Assembly (NCBI GenBank): GCA_964016885.1 | Contig: OZ024742.1 | Location: 228,470,001 to 228,534,000 of the forward strand | Length of the DNA: 64,000 nucleotides | Source of the DNA: Eledone cirrhosa | Taxonomy: Eukaryota | Direction of reading: 5' to 3' | Shown: positions 14,894 through 28,830 of the stretch, one piece after another | Position numbering within the stretch: the first letter of the stretch is position 1 | Layout of the letters: every line of letters begins with the position of its first letter | Made by a program: the position numbers and the translations under genes | Notes under the pieces: generated by a model | What the model was told of the DNA's origin: nothing | The model's database searches: none | What the model saw: the letters and a program-made list of their open reading frames with translations, nothing else

Positions 14894-14944
14894 AGTTTCA
14901 GAAGATCCCGTTAAGGGTGAAAGCAGCGATTCTTTGCTTAAACT
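14894..14944 (+). ncRNA. Variant type I hammerhead ribozyme (U4A core) in the pLTR; copies also near 5520, near 5731 and at 11714-11764 (minus)
   Basis: AGTTT-CAGAAGA-TCCC gttaa GGGT-GAAA-GCA..TGC-TT-AAACT; stems I, II and III all pair. Confidence 0.6.
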
Positions 14945-15050
14945 TTAATCTGTTATTTTAATAAATATTTGCTCTACGGTTCTTATATATTTAATATATA
15001 TTTTCCTTATCGAGCCCTCTTTGGATTTTAGTCTTCAATTTTATTATTAT

Positions 15051-15185
<135 letters not shown>

Positions 15186-15541
15186 TATATATATATATAT
15201 ATGTATGTAAAAGGTAAACAGAAATAACAACACAATCGGTGCAGTATATAGAAGGGATATATTAGGTTAACGCTTGATATAGCAGGAAGAGGGTCTTAAC
15301 CTTTCCGACGCTAGTCCTTCATCAGAAGAAAGAATGAGAAATAAGATAGATTGAGGGGACGGGCGGGTTGGAAATATATATACATATACATATATAAGTT
15401 TATGCCGGTTCAATCGGGGGTAACCACAGTAAGTAAGGTACTCAATACATACCAGAGTATAAATATTTAATATAAAAATGGCTTCTACAGGACTAGAACT
15501 GGGGCTTCCTGATGATTTCTCCCGAATGAAACAGTTCCAGT

Positions 15542-15590
<49 letters not shown>

Positions 15591-15591
15591 C

Positions 15592-15628
<37 letters not shown>

Positions 15629-16137
15629 ATATATATATATATACTTATTAAGCTCAGTTACTCCAACGGCGCCATACCAGGTACGTACGTTTCGCTAACC
15701 TCGAGGACCAACACTTGTTCAACTTCTTCCGATCAAATTGAACCGATTTATTTTCATCGGCTCAGGTTGAAGAAGCTGGTCTTCGGGGCTAGCGAATAAT
15801 TATAATAATTATATTCAAACTCGCCCTACGGACTTGAGTTGCTCGATATCTTGGATATTTTTTACCTACCTATTACTTTGGGTGATGTGTTGTGTCCTTG
15901 AGCAAGAAACTTTATTTCACGTTGCTCCAGTTTACTGAGCTGTAGAAATGAGTTGCGACGTCACTGGTGCCAAGCTGTATCAGTCACTGCCTTTCCCTTG
16001 GACAACATCGGTGGCGCGGAGATGGGAGACTGGTATGCCTGGGCGTCTGTTGGTCTTTTACAAATGGACTTGCGCCTCGTAGGAGAGCTTTCTAGGTGCA
16101 TATCCCATGGCATTCGTGATCGAAGAGTGTTTTTACC

Positions 16138-16168
<31 letters not shown>

Positions 16169-16602
16169 CGATATTAAATAAATGGAAACTATATTTATAA
16201 AACCATATTTATTTCATTATACATATTTCAGGGATACCAAATTAAAATATGGTATGCCTTCATCAGACAAAATACAATATATAAACAGTTTTATAAATAA
16301 TTTTGACGTACCCTATTAGAAGCGACCATTACTTTTGGAAGCTGTCCAAAAGTAATGGTCGCTTCTAATAGGGTACGACAAAATTATTTATAAAACTGTT
16401 TATATATTGTATTTTGTCTGATGAAGGCATACCATATTTTAATTTGGTATCCCTGAAATATGTATAATGAAATAAATATGGTTTTATAAATATAGTTTCC
16501 ATTTATTTAATATCGTATATCTACTCCAAAAACTTGTCGAGTGCTTTATATCAGTTATAAAATATTTACTTGTTGTATCCCAACAATTTTAAATAAAAAT
16601 TT

Positions 16603-16607
<5 letters not shown>
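16169..16607. mobile_element. PLE-derived foldback with hammerhead at 16412-16472; related pLTR pieces at 3291-3487, 8395-8650 and in 42120-44460
   Basis: Arms ~16169-16343 and ~16347-16516; ~90 bp tail. Motif TTTTGT-CTGATGA-AGG..CCT-GAAA-TATGTA-TA-ATGAAA. Confidence 0.82.
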
Positions 16608-16633
<26 letters not shown>

Positions 16634-16642
<9 letters not shown>

Positions 16643-16832
16643 TATGACCCCGACGGCAGAGCTCAAGCCGTTTCGACGGCTATTTATGACTTTAGTCCAG
16701 AAATAGCCGTCGAAACGGCTTGAGCTCTGCCGTCGGGGTCATACTCTCTCCTATTACCCACTCTACTACCCTAAGTATTGAGTACTCTGGTGCGTTATGG
16801 TCCATCTGGTTCCTTACCATAACTCCTCCGTT
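16634..16832. mobile_element. Short foldback with ~80 bp tail; related decayed copy at 3057-3262
   Basis: Arms ~16634-16685 and ~16700-16750 are inverted. Only the 3' half of a hammerhead remains (GAAA-CGGC..GCCG-TC). The tail ctattacccactctact... is shared with 3180-3262. Confidence 0.75.
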
Positions 16833-16948
<116 letters not shown>

Positions 16949-17052
16949 GGTGTGGGGTGCTTAAAGCGTCTGTATGCTGGTCGCCAGAGAAACGATTGTA
17001 ATATGCCTAATAAATTTTAATTCGTCGCACCACTGATTCTCCGGTTTCTTAT

Positions 17053-17099
<47 letters not shown>

Positions 17100-17363
17100 A
17101 GGGAGTGTAACTTGGAGTTACTGTAGGTTCACCCGGGTGACCACTCGATGTTTAGGTTCACTTCTGTGTCGAGGTGTAGAGCTATACAGAGTGTATTATA
17201 TTGAAAAGATAACGAGCTGCGGATTATAGAGTCGGGTAAGATCGATACAGATCGAACCTTGAGCTGATCAGTGGCGAAACGCGCGTCACCGACCAATAAA
17301 TGTAATGAAGGAGTAACCAATTGTTCTTGTTTTCTTTTCAATATATATATATATATATATATA

Positions 17364-18011
17364 TTTCGTTTCTGAATTTGTTTAGCAAGATTCTTTATCT
17401 GAAATCGTGTGTTGAAACCGATATTGTTATACTTTGGGAGGGTCATGTTGCCAATAAGAAACACACGCACCAGTTGCTTTCACTTCAATTTATTATATAT
17501 TTATAAATTTACAAATTTACAAATTTACAAACTTATAAATTTCTGGTTGGTTGGTTGGTTCCACAACCAGATAGTTGTTTATATATATAGTCATAGTCCT
17601 TTCGTCACACACTCTGTGACCTCTTCAGTGACTGGGGATTCCTTTCTTCGTTTCTGTGCCTTTCCTTTCTTCTATCCTACGCCATTTTCCTTTCTTCTAT
17701 CCTACGCCATTTTTAAAAAAATGGCGTAGGATAGAAGAAAGGAAAGGCACAGAAACGAAGAAAGGAATCCCCAGTCACTGAAGAGGTCACAGAGTGTGTG
17801 ACGAAAGGACTATGACTATATATATAAACAACTATCTGGTTGTGGAACCAACCAACCAACCAGAAATTTATAAGTTTGTAAATTTGTAAATTTGTAAATT
17901 TATAAATATATAATAAATTGAAGTGAAAGCAACTGGTGCGTGTGTTTCTTATTGGCAACATGACCCTCCCAAAGTATAACAATATCGGTTTCAACACACG
18001 ATTTCAGATAA
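17364..18011. mobile_element. PLE-derived foldback, same family as 10547-11631 but with a different inversion point
   Basis: Palindrome centred near 17716; the same spurious ORF appears on both strands (17409+ and 17997-). Confidence 0.87.
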
Positions 18012-18140
18012 AGGCGTGTGGCTGAGTGGTTAGAGAATTGGATTCGCAATCGTAATCGTAAGGTTGTGAGTTCGATTCCTAGACCAGGCGATGCGTTATG
18101 TCCTTGGGAAAGACACTTTATTTCACGTTGCTCCTTCTAC
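18012..18140 (+). mobile_element. tRNA-derived SINE; relatives at 15885-16140, 48745-48870 and 1900-2045 (minus)
   Basis: A box TGGCTGAGTGG and B box GTTCGATTCC, followed by a shared gtccttg...cactttatttcacgttgctcc body. Confidence 0.7.
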
Positions 18141-18898
18141 CTGGAGTTGCGACCGATAGATAGTATTAGCAATTGGAAAGACCAACGGAAACATTGTTCC
18201 CTCGGTCCGATTTGACAAAAAGTCGATCGTTCCTTTAATATATATTTATATATACATATATGGATGTTAGATGTTCATATGTTTATAAAAATAGGTGCGT
18301 GTTAGCGTGTATATATATAAATACATTATCAGCAGAAAATGCACACAGTTACATAACACGTACAGACAAATGCATCGTTACCTCGTCAGCCCCCTTGCTG
18401 GCAGTGCAGTTTCGCGCATTAAGGTGGTACTTCACTTTGTATTGGAATGGTATTTTATTTATCGACCTCGAAAAGATGAAAAGCAAAGTTGACCAGTGGG
18501 CAGGAACAAATACCGACACTGCAAACGTCTTTGCCACCTCATAGCCTATTGCATACTGAATGATGTGTATAAACATATTCGAAATTTCGAAAGCGGTGGT
18601 TTGACAAAATCGGTAGAGCGTTGAACAAAATACTTTATAGCATTTAGTTACAGCCCTTTATGTTCTGACTTCAAATCTCGCGGAGGTCAGCTTTGTCTTT
18701 CATCATTCCTGGGTCGATAAAATAAAGTATCAGTATTATATTTGGATTGATTTAATCGACTCCCCCATTGACGGTCTGGTGCCTAAGTTAGAAACAATGA
18801 TTCGAATTGTCTCTTTTAGTTGTAGAAATAAAACAAACACCAAGCGGTAGTCACTAATAATTATTGCAGGGTTCTTGTTCTCTTTCACTATTGTTTGG

Positions 18899-18932
<34 letters not shown>

Positions 18933-19869
18933 TTCAAGTCTCCCTTCTGTAAAGTTGATGAAACATTATAGACTGAAAATTAAATTAAGATATAGAACTT
19001 TGATCCTACTAGGGAAGTGGCTACGCTTGATTTATAGAAATAGAGAAGGTAGGTACTCAATACGATATACACAATGTAAAACATGGCTACACAAGAGGTG
19101 TGGGATAGCAGCTAAACGAATAGAAAGAGAGACAACATTATTTGGGACCCGATGGATTGGCAGTATCGGTAGAGGGTCGGACGCCATTCTTTGCAGCAAA
19201 GAGTTACGTCCCTTTATGGACCGAGGTTAACTTTGCCTTTGATCCTTACGGGGTCGATAAAATAAAGTACCAGTAATAGACAGATAATTGCTGGCCTTGT
19301 GCCAAAAGTAGAAACAATTATTTGGGACCCGAGAGTACCTGAAAGGAAGTGGGAAGAAGAGAGAGAGGTAAGATATCCGCATGAAGTTCCTTGTCCTAGC
19401 TTTAGTTAGTTGAAAGAAGTCAAGTGTTGCCATTATGAATCCTTTGATATTGTACTTAACTCTAAAGTAACAATAAATCAATGGCAGTGTTTATGACAGC
19501 TTTACTAAATACTGGGTATTATCCGTGTTTCTATAGCTAAGTAGGCGGTAACTTGACAGTCGTTAGAACGATAGAATGACTCCAGAGTACCAATCAACTA
19601 TTTATTTCATGTTACAGAAGGATGTGGTTGGTAGTGGTGGTCATTTATAAGTTGCATTGGCTTTATATATGCAAGGTAGCGAATTGACAGAGTCATTAAA
19701 ACGTCGGATAGAATGATTCGTGGTATTTGTTTTGGCTTTTTGTGCCGTGAGTTCAAATCCCACCGAAATCAACTTGGCTTTTCATCCTTTCAAGGTTGAT
19801 AAATAAAGTACCAGTCCAGTACTGAAGTAGAGTTTCCCTCTATTTCGCTTTCTCCCTTTCTCACGTCCT

Positions 19870-21560
19870 TCCGACGTCTTGCAGTCAAGATAGCTTGCAA
19901 GTCAGTCAAAGACGACCTGAGCGAGGTGCTACGCCCTGTCCAACTCGGATGTGAGGCTGCAGCTCACGCGGCCAGACATTTCATAGAACACGAGCCTCCT
20001 TCGTCATCCCACCTCCTTGTGGAGCTGCACATGACAAATGCATTCAACAGCGTTAGACGGGATCATGTCCTAAAGGCGTGTCTCAGACGAGCACCCTCCA
20101 TTTACCCTCCTGCTCACCTCTCGTACGGAAGACAGCTTACTCATGGCCGCTGAAGACATGGATGTCCAACAAGGAGACCAACTCTGCCTGCTCTTCTTTG
20201 CGCTGGCAGTCGACGACATTGCTCGCTTGGTTGATCGCACCTCAACGTTTGGTATCTGGACAACGCGACCCAGAGTGGCTCGGCTGGGACGGTAGTTGAG
20301 GACATTCGGCTAATCATCCCCGCTCTAAAATTTCTCGAACTCGAGATCAACTCATCCAAGTCAGAGGGGATAAACGGTTGTTTGGAGAAACCGAATTCCA
20401 CCACGCCATACTCAGCACCCATCCCATATTGACCGGGGTTCGGCTAACGCCCAAAGACGGCGCTTGCATTCTCTTGCTTGTTCTCATTGACGCTCACTTA
20501 GCACTCTTCCTCTTGAGGAACTGCTTCGCCCTCCTCACATTTCTGTTCACGCTGTGCACCTTGTCACTCCCACGCAGATATTCTCGGTGAACTCTACACC
20601 ACAATCCGACGTTGTGCAGAACTCATCTGCAATGTCAATTTCGACAGCACCGGCTGGCAACTGGAGAAGCGCCCAGCTACGGATCTGGTTCTACCGGCCT
20701 ACCTTTCCTCAATCTCCTCCAGTCGTGCTCTTGTCAGCCAGGTTCTCAATATGACGACCGAACTTGAAGTGGCCCCAGACCTAGAGCAGGCTCTAGCCGA
20801 CTGGACAGGTCAAGGCCTCTCTGTCCCCCAGTATACAAATGTCTAACGTAATTGGGGCGGAATCAAATGCAGGTCTTCCTTCAAGTGAATCGAGTTTGGT
20901 TTGGACCAACACCGCCTCGCCTGTATATGCTCCGTTTCACAGCCAAACAGCGGTACGTGGCTCAATTCGGTGCCCGCACCATCAACCGGTACCCTTCTTG
21001 ATGACGAGTGTACTCGCATCGGTGTGGCCCAACGCCTCGGCCTCCGCGTTTGTGAGCCACATAAATTCCGTTGTGCGGCGGTCGTAGACAAGTTCGGCCT
21101 GCAGCCACTGTCTCGCCACCAGAGCGCAGGCCGGTTCCCCCGACAAGCGCTTTCAATGACATATTGAGAAGGAGTCTTGATGCAGCTGGATTCCCATCAT
21201 AACTTGAGCCAGCAAGCCTCGACAGAATTACTCTCTTCCTATTCGAAGGAGGTAGATCCCTCATCTGGGACTCCCCATGTTGTGACACATTCTCCACCGC
21301 CAGCTTAGTTACTTCAGCCACAAACTCCGGTACTACGGCCCGCAATGCAGAGGAAAGAAAGATGAACTAATACAGGGGATTGTCCGGCCGCTTCCTCTTC
21401 TCACTGGTCGTCGTTAAGACCTCAGGTGTACTTGGACCCCGTACTGCCGAGCTCCTCCACAAGATCGGAACGTCAGCAGACCATCTGAGGAAGGATCTCC
21501 GCGAGATGGGGTCGCTGTTGTAGCGGGTGTCGCTGGCCATTCTCCGCGGAAATGTTTTGC
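19870..21560 (+). pseudogene. Decayed CRE-clade non-LTR retrotransposon (RT + RLE)
   Basis: LRPVQLG-CEAAAHAAR, TNAFNSVRRD, VQQGD, WYLDNAT, GTWLNSVP...RIGVAQRLG...SAGRFPR, SLAILRGN; many frameshifts. Confidence 0.8.
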
Positions 21561-22101
21561 TGTCTTGTCCGTGGGGTGCATCGCAGCACCGCCGCGCCCT
21601 TGGCCCAGAACCCATCACCCCCTTACCCCTCCCTTTCTTCTGTGACCATAGAGTCCTTGCTTCTCCCCGTCTTTTCCTCACATTTATGGCTTTCATAGTC
21701 CTTTCCTCTACATTCCCATACAGCCAGATCTACCCTTCCTTACCTCTTCCCCATTTTCTCATTACTTAATTTTGCTTTTATCTTTTTTTCTCATATTTAT
21801 TTATCTTTTGAAAATAAAATAAATCCTTTGTATTATAAAGTTTGTGTTTCAAAATGGGTTTATCTGCTTCTATTCTTATCATTTAATTAGCTAAACAAGT
21901 CACTGATAAACTAACATATTCTATATACATAATTTCACAATGTCATGAAAAACATTATATAAAAATAATTGAGCAGTATTTAATAAAAACAAAAGACATT
22001 ATTAAAGGGGAAAAAATATAAGAAAATGAAAAGAAGAGCGGTTACGGTAAAACCAAAATGTAGTGTTATGGTGATGGCGAGCTGAGCTCTTCTGCTTAGA
22101 T

Positions 22102-22394
22102 CAGGCATAGGCACCCTTTTTCGAGAAGCGGACCGCATGAGATATGGCTCATCATCAGGCGGAACGCAAGCGCTAATTTACATTAGTGCCCGCATTTTAA
22201 AAGAATGGCGGTAACTCCGGTTGTTTTGATTTGTTTCTTCAGAATTCGTACACATTGTTTTCCTCGATCGTAAAGATGATAGAAAGATAAATTACGACTG
22301 AAAAGTTGGGGTAAAAAAAATCAGAAAGATTTCATTTAGGTGACTTAGGCGAGCCATTCAGAAAGGTTCGCGGGCCGCAGGTTGCCCATGACTG
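22102..22394. mobile_element. hAT (Charlie-like) MITE
   Basis: Imperfect TIR CAGGCATAGGCA / TGCCCATGACTG; 8-bp TSD gcttagat / ggttagat. Confidence 0.75.
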
Positions 22395-24043
22395 GGTTAG
22401 ATACTAGGTCGGAAGTGTGTGTGTGTGAGAGGGGGGGGGATATATGCGCAGGCTGTACATGTGCTGTAGTTATAGTGACACCATGCGTCATAGTAGATAA
22501 TGCATTCTAGAAATTGCTTCTTTATTCTTAACATTGCTTTTGCATAACCTCCAAAAGTCAGCTATGATCAAGTAAACCTATTATCAAATTGTTCCAACTA
22601 TAACTATCCCTTCTATTTTCAGACAATGTTCAGGACTAATTTATCCAACATTTCTTTTCTTTTTAAAAGCTGGTTAGATGAAGGTTTGCTAGTAATTTGG
22701 GTCATATTTCTGCTATTTCTAGCAGGTTGTGTGACGATATAAAGACTCCCTTATTGGTTTATTATTGTTGTTATTTATTATTTGTATCAACCGATCTTAA
22801 TTGTTAATTTCTACGTGAAAAATAATTCATATTTTGTATTTCTCTTCTATTTTTTTCCTCACCAGGGATCTTGAAAACATTGCTAATTACTGACGCTCGC
22901 TACAAATATATCTATTTTTACTAGCGTAATTGTAAAATTTACATCTCAGTAGCAGGACTAGAATAAAACAATTAGGGACTCTGGACTAGAGAACATTTGG
23001 AGCCACCAACACCTGCTCACAAGAAACTTCATGAAAATTAAAAGTACTTGAATGTAGGCCTACGGATTGAACAATGTTGAGATCTATGCCGTCCTCCGAA
23101 ACAGAGGTGACATCCAAAGACAGTGCCGGATTAAAGGATCTCTAGCTTAGAGAATACTTGGAGCACTAACATCTGCTCGCAATAAAATTATTGAAAAATT
23201 AAAGTACATGAATTTCGGTTTACACATAAATCGATGCTGAGATTCCAACATCTTTCCAAGTCAACCTCTAAAACAATGGTGTCATCTAAAGAATTATAAT
23301 ATTCTAAATTTCTACAAAAATGTCGTGTTTTATAATTGTTTTAATATATATTTAAAACTGAATTGGGCCTCTCATGTTTTAAGGACATGGGATGCAGCCA
23401 ACTTACCCCACGTGTAAATCTGGTATTGCTGAGTGGACTAGATCAATTTATTGAGCTAATCATTTAAAAACAATATATCATATGATCAAGTGATTTCATT
23501 TGTGTTGTAAAAGGATTAGAAAATTTTGATATAAAAATTATAATTGCAACTTATTTATACACACACACATACTTACACATTTTACATACATACTCATATC
23601 CTAACACATATTGAATGCACACTTACACACCTTACATACATATATGCTTACATTCCTTACATACCTTACACTCATATATTTACACATCTTATATTTCACA
23701 CACACGTCTTACACAGTTATTTGATACCAATGGGAGTCTTATATCGATGTATTTACAAGGAAGGGACTGTTTGATATCTCGCTGGATTCATCCCACCTAC
23801 TTTATATTGGGAAGGTAAGGTCCAGTGTCACCATGACAATATCAACGATTAATTACTGTCAATGATCCACTGCTTGAACTTGATTTATTTCTCATAATAA
23901 TACATAATAATACATACACGCATACACGCATATTCACAGACACGATCACACCCATAGACTCTTACACGTCACACAAATACTTACTCGTACACATATACAC
24001 ACGACTCTACTGCAATTCTGTATATTGTTTACTGAAATTCACC

Positions 24044-25534
24044 ATGGATTTATCTGACCATATCACACAACGCCGAAACTCCGAAAACGCCTTGGTATCG
24101 AGAGACAATCGCAAGCTGTCACTTGAAATCGAACGAGTACAGTCCATTCGAAATGTACTCATCAAAAACATCGACAAAGATATTAATATTCTCCAGAAAG
24201 AGATCAAAATGGATGGTTATTCTAAAGAAGAAAGAAAAGAATTGGCAGCGGAAAAATTTCCAATATATTTACCGTTTTGGAAAGAATGGAGGTGGCTAGG
24301 TTCCAAGCAACACGGAGATATGGCACGGAAGGCAGAAATGAAAATAAACATGTTGAAAATTTACAAAACAAACAATTCTATCAAAGATAAGATACGTAGC
24401 TTTATTCAGAATATGTCAGGTGTTGAGGAAATGACATTGCCAAACTGTGAACTTGTTACAAAAGGTAGGGCCAAAAGTGAAAGAAATATACAACTGTTAT
24501 CAATTAATCCCGGTGTTGTTGGTGTAAATACAAATATTGCGTCAGAAGCAGGGTTCAGTGATAGAAAGGAAGTGGCTGTGTTGAGAGATGTTGAAGGTGG
24601 GGACAACCAGACAGAATATATAAATAAAAAATCCTCTGACACACCATTTATTACAAAGAAACCAGATGGACGTACTTCCCCTGTTATTTTGTCAACATGG
24701 CGACAATGTGTCACTCCAATCCTTCAAGTAAATCTTGACACGTCAATATCCACTCAACAAAAAGAAGAAACATTACTCCCAGTCTTAACGTCTTCTGTAA
24801 ATTCCCTTGGTATATTCTTAGGAGGTTCTACAACTCAAGAACCCCATTGGACTTGCCAAAGAATCACCAAAAATACATCACATGCCAGTGAATTTAACTT
24901 ACAGGATACAACAAAAAACCATCATATTGTACGGTCTAGCATTAACAGTTCAGTTTTAGCAGCTGACGATAAGATGTCACAAAAATATCCACCACGGAGA
25001 TCTTCTGTAGCTTCATCCCCAGGGGATCTGGGTTTCTTAATGCAGAAAGAACTGAAAATAACAGAAAATAACGAACATTTTCCTCAAACCGGTGACCCAA
25101 CAAATATAAAGACCACAGCAAGAAGACACAGTATCCTTCCTAATTTGGATAAACTTCACGAGAGTCGGCGTCAATCAGATGGTAATGTCGTATATAGGAT
25201 GTCACCTCAGATGGAAACCTTTGTCCCATATAGTTCCAGATCTGAGACAGAAGGCTCCGAGTTTCGTAAATTAAATAATATGAGAATGGAACACAAAAGA
25301 AGGAAATCGTTGGTGAAAAATCCATCGTTTGATCGGGAAATGTATAACAGCGACGGGAGTTTAAAGACAATGTACTGTCTTCCATCGGTGGACGAAAGCT
25401 GGAACCAGGCACGGAGGGCCCACTATGTACGGTCGAAATACCACATTGAAAAAGAAATACTTGTGCAGAATATATTTCCTGGGAGGGACAATGTCGATAT
25501 TGTGGATTGTGATAATACTAACACGGACACGTGA
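24044..25534 (+). CDS. Host protein, 496 aa, single coding exon; CCDC190-like (N-terminal coiled coil, conserved C-terminal motif)
   Basis: Long non-repetitive ORF with strong Kozak context (cACCATGG). The C-terminal DGSLKTMYCLPSVDESWNQARRAHYVR...EKEILVQNIF resembles the CCDC190-family motif. The ORF is well supported; the family call is from memory. Confidence 0.7.
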   Translation: MDLSDHITQRRNSENALVSRDNRKLSLEIERVQSIRNVLIKNIDKDINILQKEIKMDGYSKEERKELAAEKFPIYLPFWKEWRWLGSKQHGDMARKAEMKINMLKIYKTNNSIKDKIRSFIQNMSGVEEMTLPNCELVTKGRAKSERNIQLLSINPGVVGVNTNIASEAGFSDRKEVAVLRDVEGGDNQTEYINKKSSDTPFITKKPDGRTSPVILSTWRQCVTPILQVNLDTSISTQQKEETLLPVLTSSVNSLGIFLGGSTTQEPHWTCQRITKNTSHASEFNLQDTTKNHHIVRSSINSSVLAADDKMSQKYPPRRSSVASSPGDLGFLMQKELKITENNEHFPQTGDPTNIKTTARRHSILPNLDKLHESRRQSDGNVVYRMSPQMETFVPYSSRSETEGSEFRKLNNMRMEHKRRKSLVKNPSFDREMYNSDGSLKTMYCLPSVDESWNQARRAHYVRSKYHIEKEILVQNIFPGRDNVDIVDCDNTNTDT

Positions 25535-25726
25535 TGAAATAGGTAACACACACACACATACACACACACACACATACACACACACATACACACACACAAA
25601 CAAATACACACACACACACACACGCTCAAATAAACATAGACACATGCACACAGACGCATACTCACATATATACAGACAAACACACACTCACACTCACAGA
25701 TACACACACACACACACGCACGCACG

Positions 25727-25782
<56 letters not shown>

Positions 25783-26172
25783 GAGAGAGAGAGAGAGAGA
25801 GAGAGAAACTCATGCAAACAAACACACTGACACAGATAAACACACAGAGACACACGTGCATACATGCACATACCATAAAAAAATAACACATGCATACATT
25901 TTTACACAGACACACACACATACACACACGCACAGACACACACACGCGAACGCACGCACACACACACACACGCACACACACATATATATGTGTCTATATA
26001 TTTTTATAACGTTTATGGTCCTTGAGAGATTAATGAAAAAGAAAGAAACTGAACGCGGGTGCGCTTTTTTCCATGTAATATGTATGTTGTGTTTGTAAAT
26101 ATGTACCGTATGCAAATGTGTGTATGTATCCGTGTATGCGCATGTATGTAAGTGTGTGTAGTCACAGTTTTT

Positions 26173-26214
<42 letters not shown>

Positions 26215-26301
26215 TTATTTGCTCTAGGGTTCTTATGTATTTGATATATATTTATCCTTATCGAGCCCTCTTTGGATTTTAGTCTTCAAATTTATTATAT
26301 A

Positions 26302-26370
<69 letters not shown>

Positions 26371-26422
26371 ATATTATATATATATATATATATTATATAT
26401 ATATATATATTATATATATATA

Positions 26423-26565
<143 letters not shown>

Positions 26566-26584
26566 ATATATATTATATATATAT

Positions 26585-27253
26585 GAATAAAGTTAGTCCT
26601 TCATCAGTGATCTTCCAACCATCATTGGTATTTCATCGCTTTAAAGACCATATACCTCCAGTTGGTGCGAGAAACGGCTATAAAAAGTCGTTGGGACACG
26701 TAAATAAAGGGAACACGAGAGTGTAAACAAACAGTCGCTCTCTCTGTTAGCCTCTTCCTCACCCTTCACTCACTCACTCTCTGTTTCTACCTCTCCTTCT
26801 TCCCGTTTGACCTGTGCGTAATTCTTTTCTTTCGCACCCTTGGCCAGGCAGGTCGCTTTTTTTCTCTCTCTCGTCTACGATTTCACAGAACTTACGTTCA
26901 CCGAATTCACAGACTAGATCCCTTCTTCCTCCCGTTAGACCTGTACGGAATTCCTTCCTTGCTCACATTCCAAACAGGTTTGATGGTCTTTATTCTCTCT
27001 CGTTCACGATTTCACCGAACTTATATTCATGGAAATTTGGGACTTGACTCCTTCTTCCTCACTTTTCGTTGCTTCACCATCTTTGTTTGTTTACACCCTC
27101 GTGTCCCCTTTATTTACGTGTCCCAACGACTTTTTTTAGCCGTAGCTCGCACCAACCGGAGGTATATGGTCTTTAAAGCGATGAAATACCAATGATGGTT
27201 GGAAGATCACTGATGAAGGACTAACTTTATTCATATGTAACCCGTTTATTCTC

Positions 27254-27255
<2 letters not shown>
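26585..27255 (+). mobile_element. pLTR-like element with an inverted 3'-end copy; related to 3565-4965
   Basis: 26585-26733 is the reverse complement of ~27085-27235. The body resembles the 3565-4965 unit. (TA)n flanks. Confidence 0.72.
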
Positions 27256-27314
<59 letters not shown>

Positions 27315-27326
27315 ATATATATATAT

Positions 27327-27892
27327 TGGTAAACGGAATAGAAAATGCTGACAAATTGTTCACAGTTGAAAAATGGTTTAATTAGGAATAAAAGAGTATT
27401 AGTAATTGTATGGGTTAGTATTCAGTTGTGGTTTTAAGTTTTTAAGTTTTTACCGGTTGCGCATTTCTAAATGATTTTCAAAAATAATTTTGAGATAGAG
27501 TGTCCGTGTTGTTTGCTCTGATCTAATTAGTTTTGGGAATTATACCTCTTTTTATGTTAAAAGAGAAATTTTATGTTAAAAAAGAATTTTTGCAACACCA
27601 AACTAGCGCTGGAGCCACTTTTTTAACATAAAAAGAGGTAGAATTTCCAAAACTAATCAGATCAGAGCAAACAACACGGACACTCTATCTCAAAATTATT
27701 TTTGAAAAGCATTTAGAAACGCGCAACCGGTAAAAACTTAAAAACTTAAAACCACAACTGAATACTAACCCATACAATTAGTAATACTCTTTTATTCCTA
27801 ATTAAACCATTTTTCAACTGTGAACAATTTGTCAGCATTTTCTATTCCGTTTACCAATATATAATAACTTGTGTGTTACACCTCTATTCTTT

Positions 27893-27896
<4 letters not shown>
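27327..27896. mobile_element. Foldback element in (TA)n with a short unpaired tail
   Basis: ~27327-27560 is inverted at ~27620-27860; tail to 27896. No clear hammerhead. Confidence 0.78.
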
Positions 27897-27931
<35 letters not shown>

Positions 27932-27947
27932 TTTCTCCCCATTTTAT

Positions 27948-28053
<106 letters not shown>

Positions 28054-28115
28054 TATATATATTATATATATATAATATATTATATATATATATATATAAT
28101 ATATTATATATATAC

Positions 28116-28259
<144 letters not shown>

Positions 28260-28358
28260 CAAGGAACAAAACAAAAACAAGGAGTGCAGTACGAACAATG
28301 TACGACGCAGATTACTCACAACCCCTAACTGGATTGCCTATAACGTTAACTTGTTATC

Positions 28359-28427
<69 letters not shown>

Positions 28428-28505
28428 TATATATATATATATATATAGTATATGTATGTATATATATATATGTATGTATGTATATATATAATATATATGT
28501 ATGTA

Positions 28506-28627
<122 letters not shown>

Positions 28628-28635
28628 TATATAAG

Positions 28636-28666
<31 letters not shown>

Positions 28667-28667
28667 G

Positions 28668-28802
<135 letters not shown>

Positions 28803-28830
28803 TATGTATGTATGTATGTATATATATTAT

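Noticed and set aside
17098-17340. Hammerhead in a TA-flanked fragment (CTGATCAG..GAAACGCGCGTC)
   Set aside because: The 3' half looks PLE-like, but the core and stems I and II could not be assembled convincingly.
18012-18090. tRNA gene
   Set aside because: A and B boxes are present but there is no proper cloverleaf, and the sequence continues into a SINE body.
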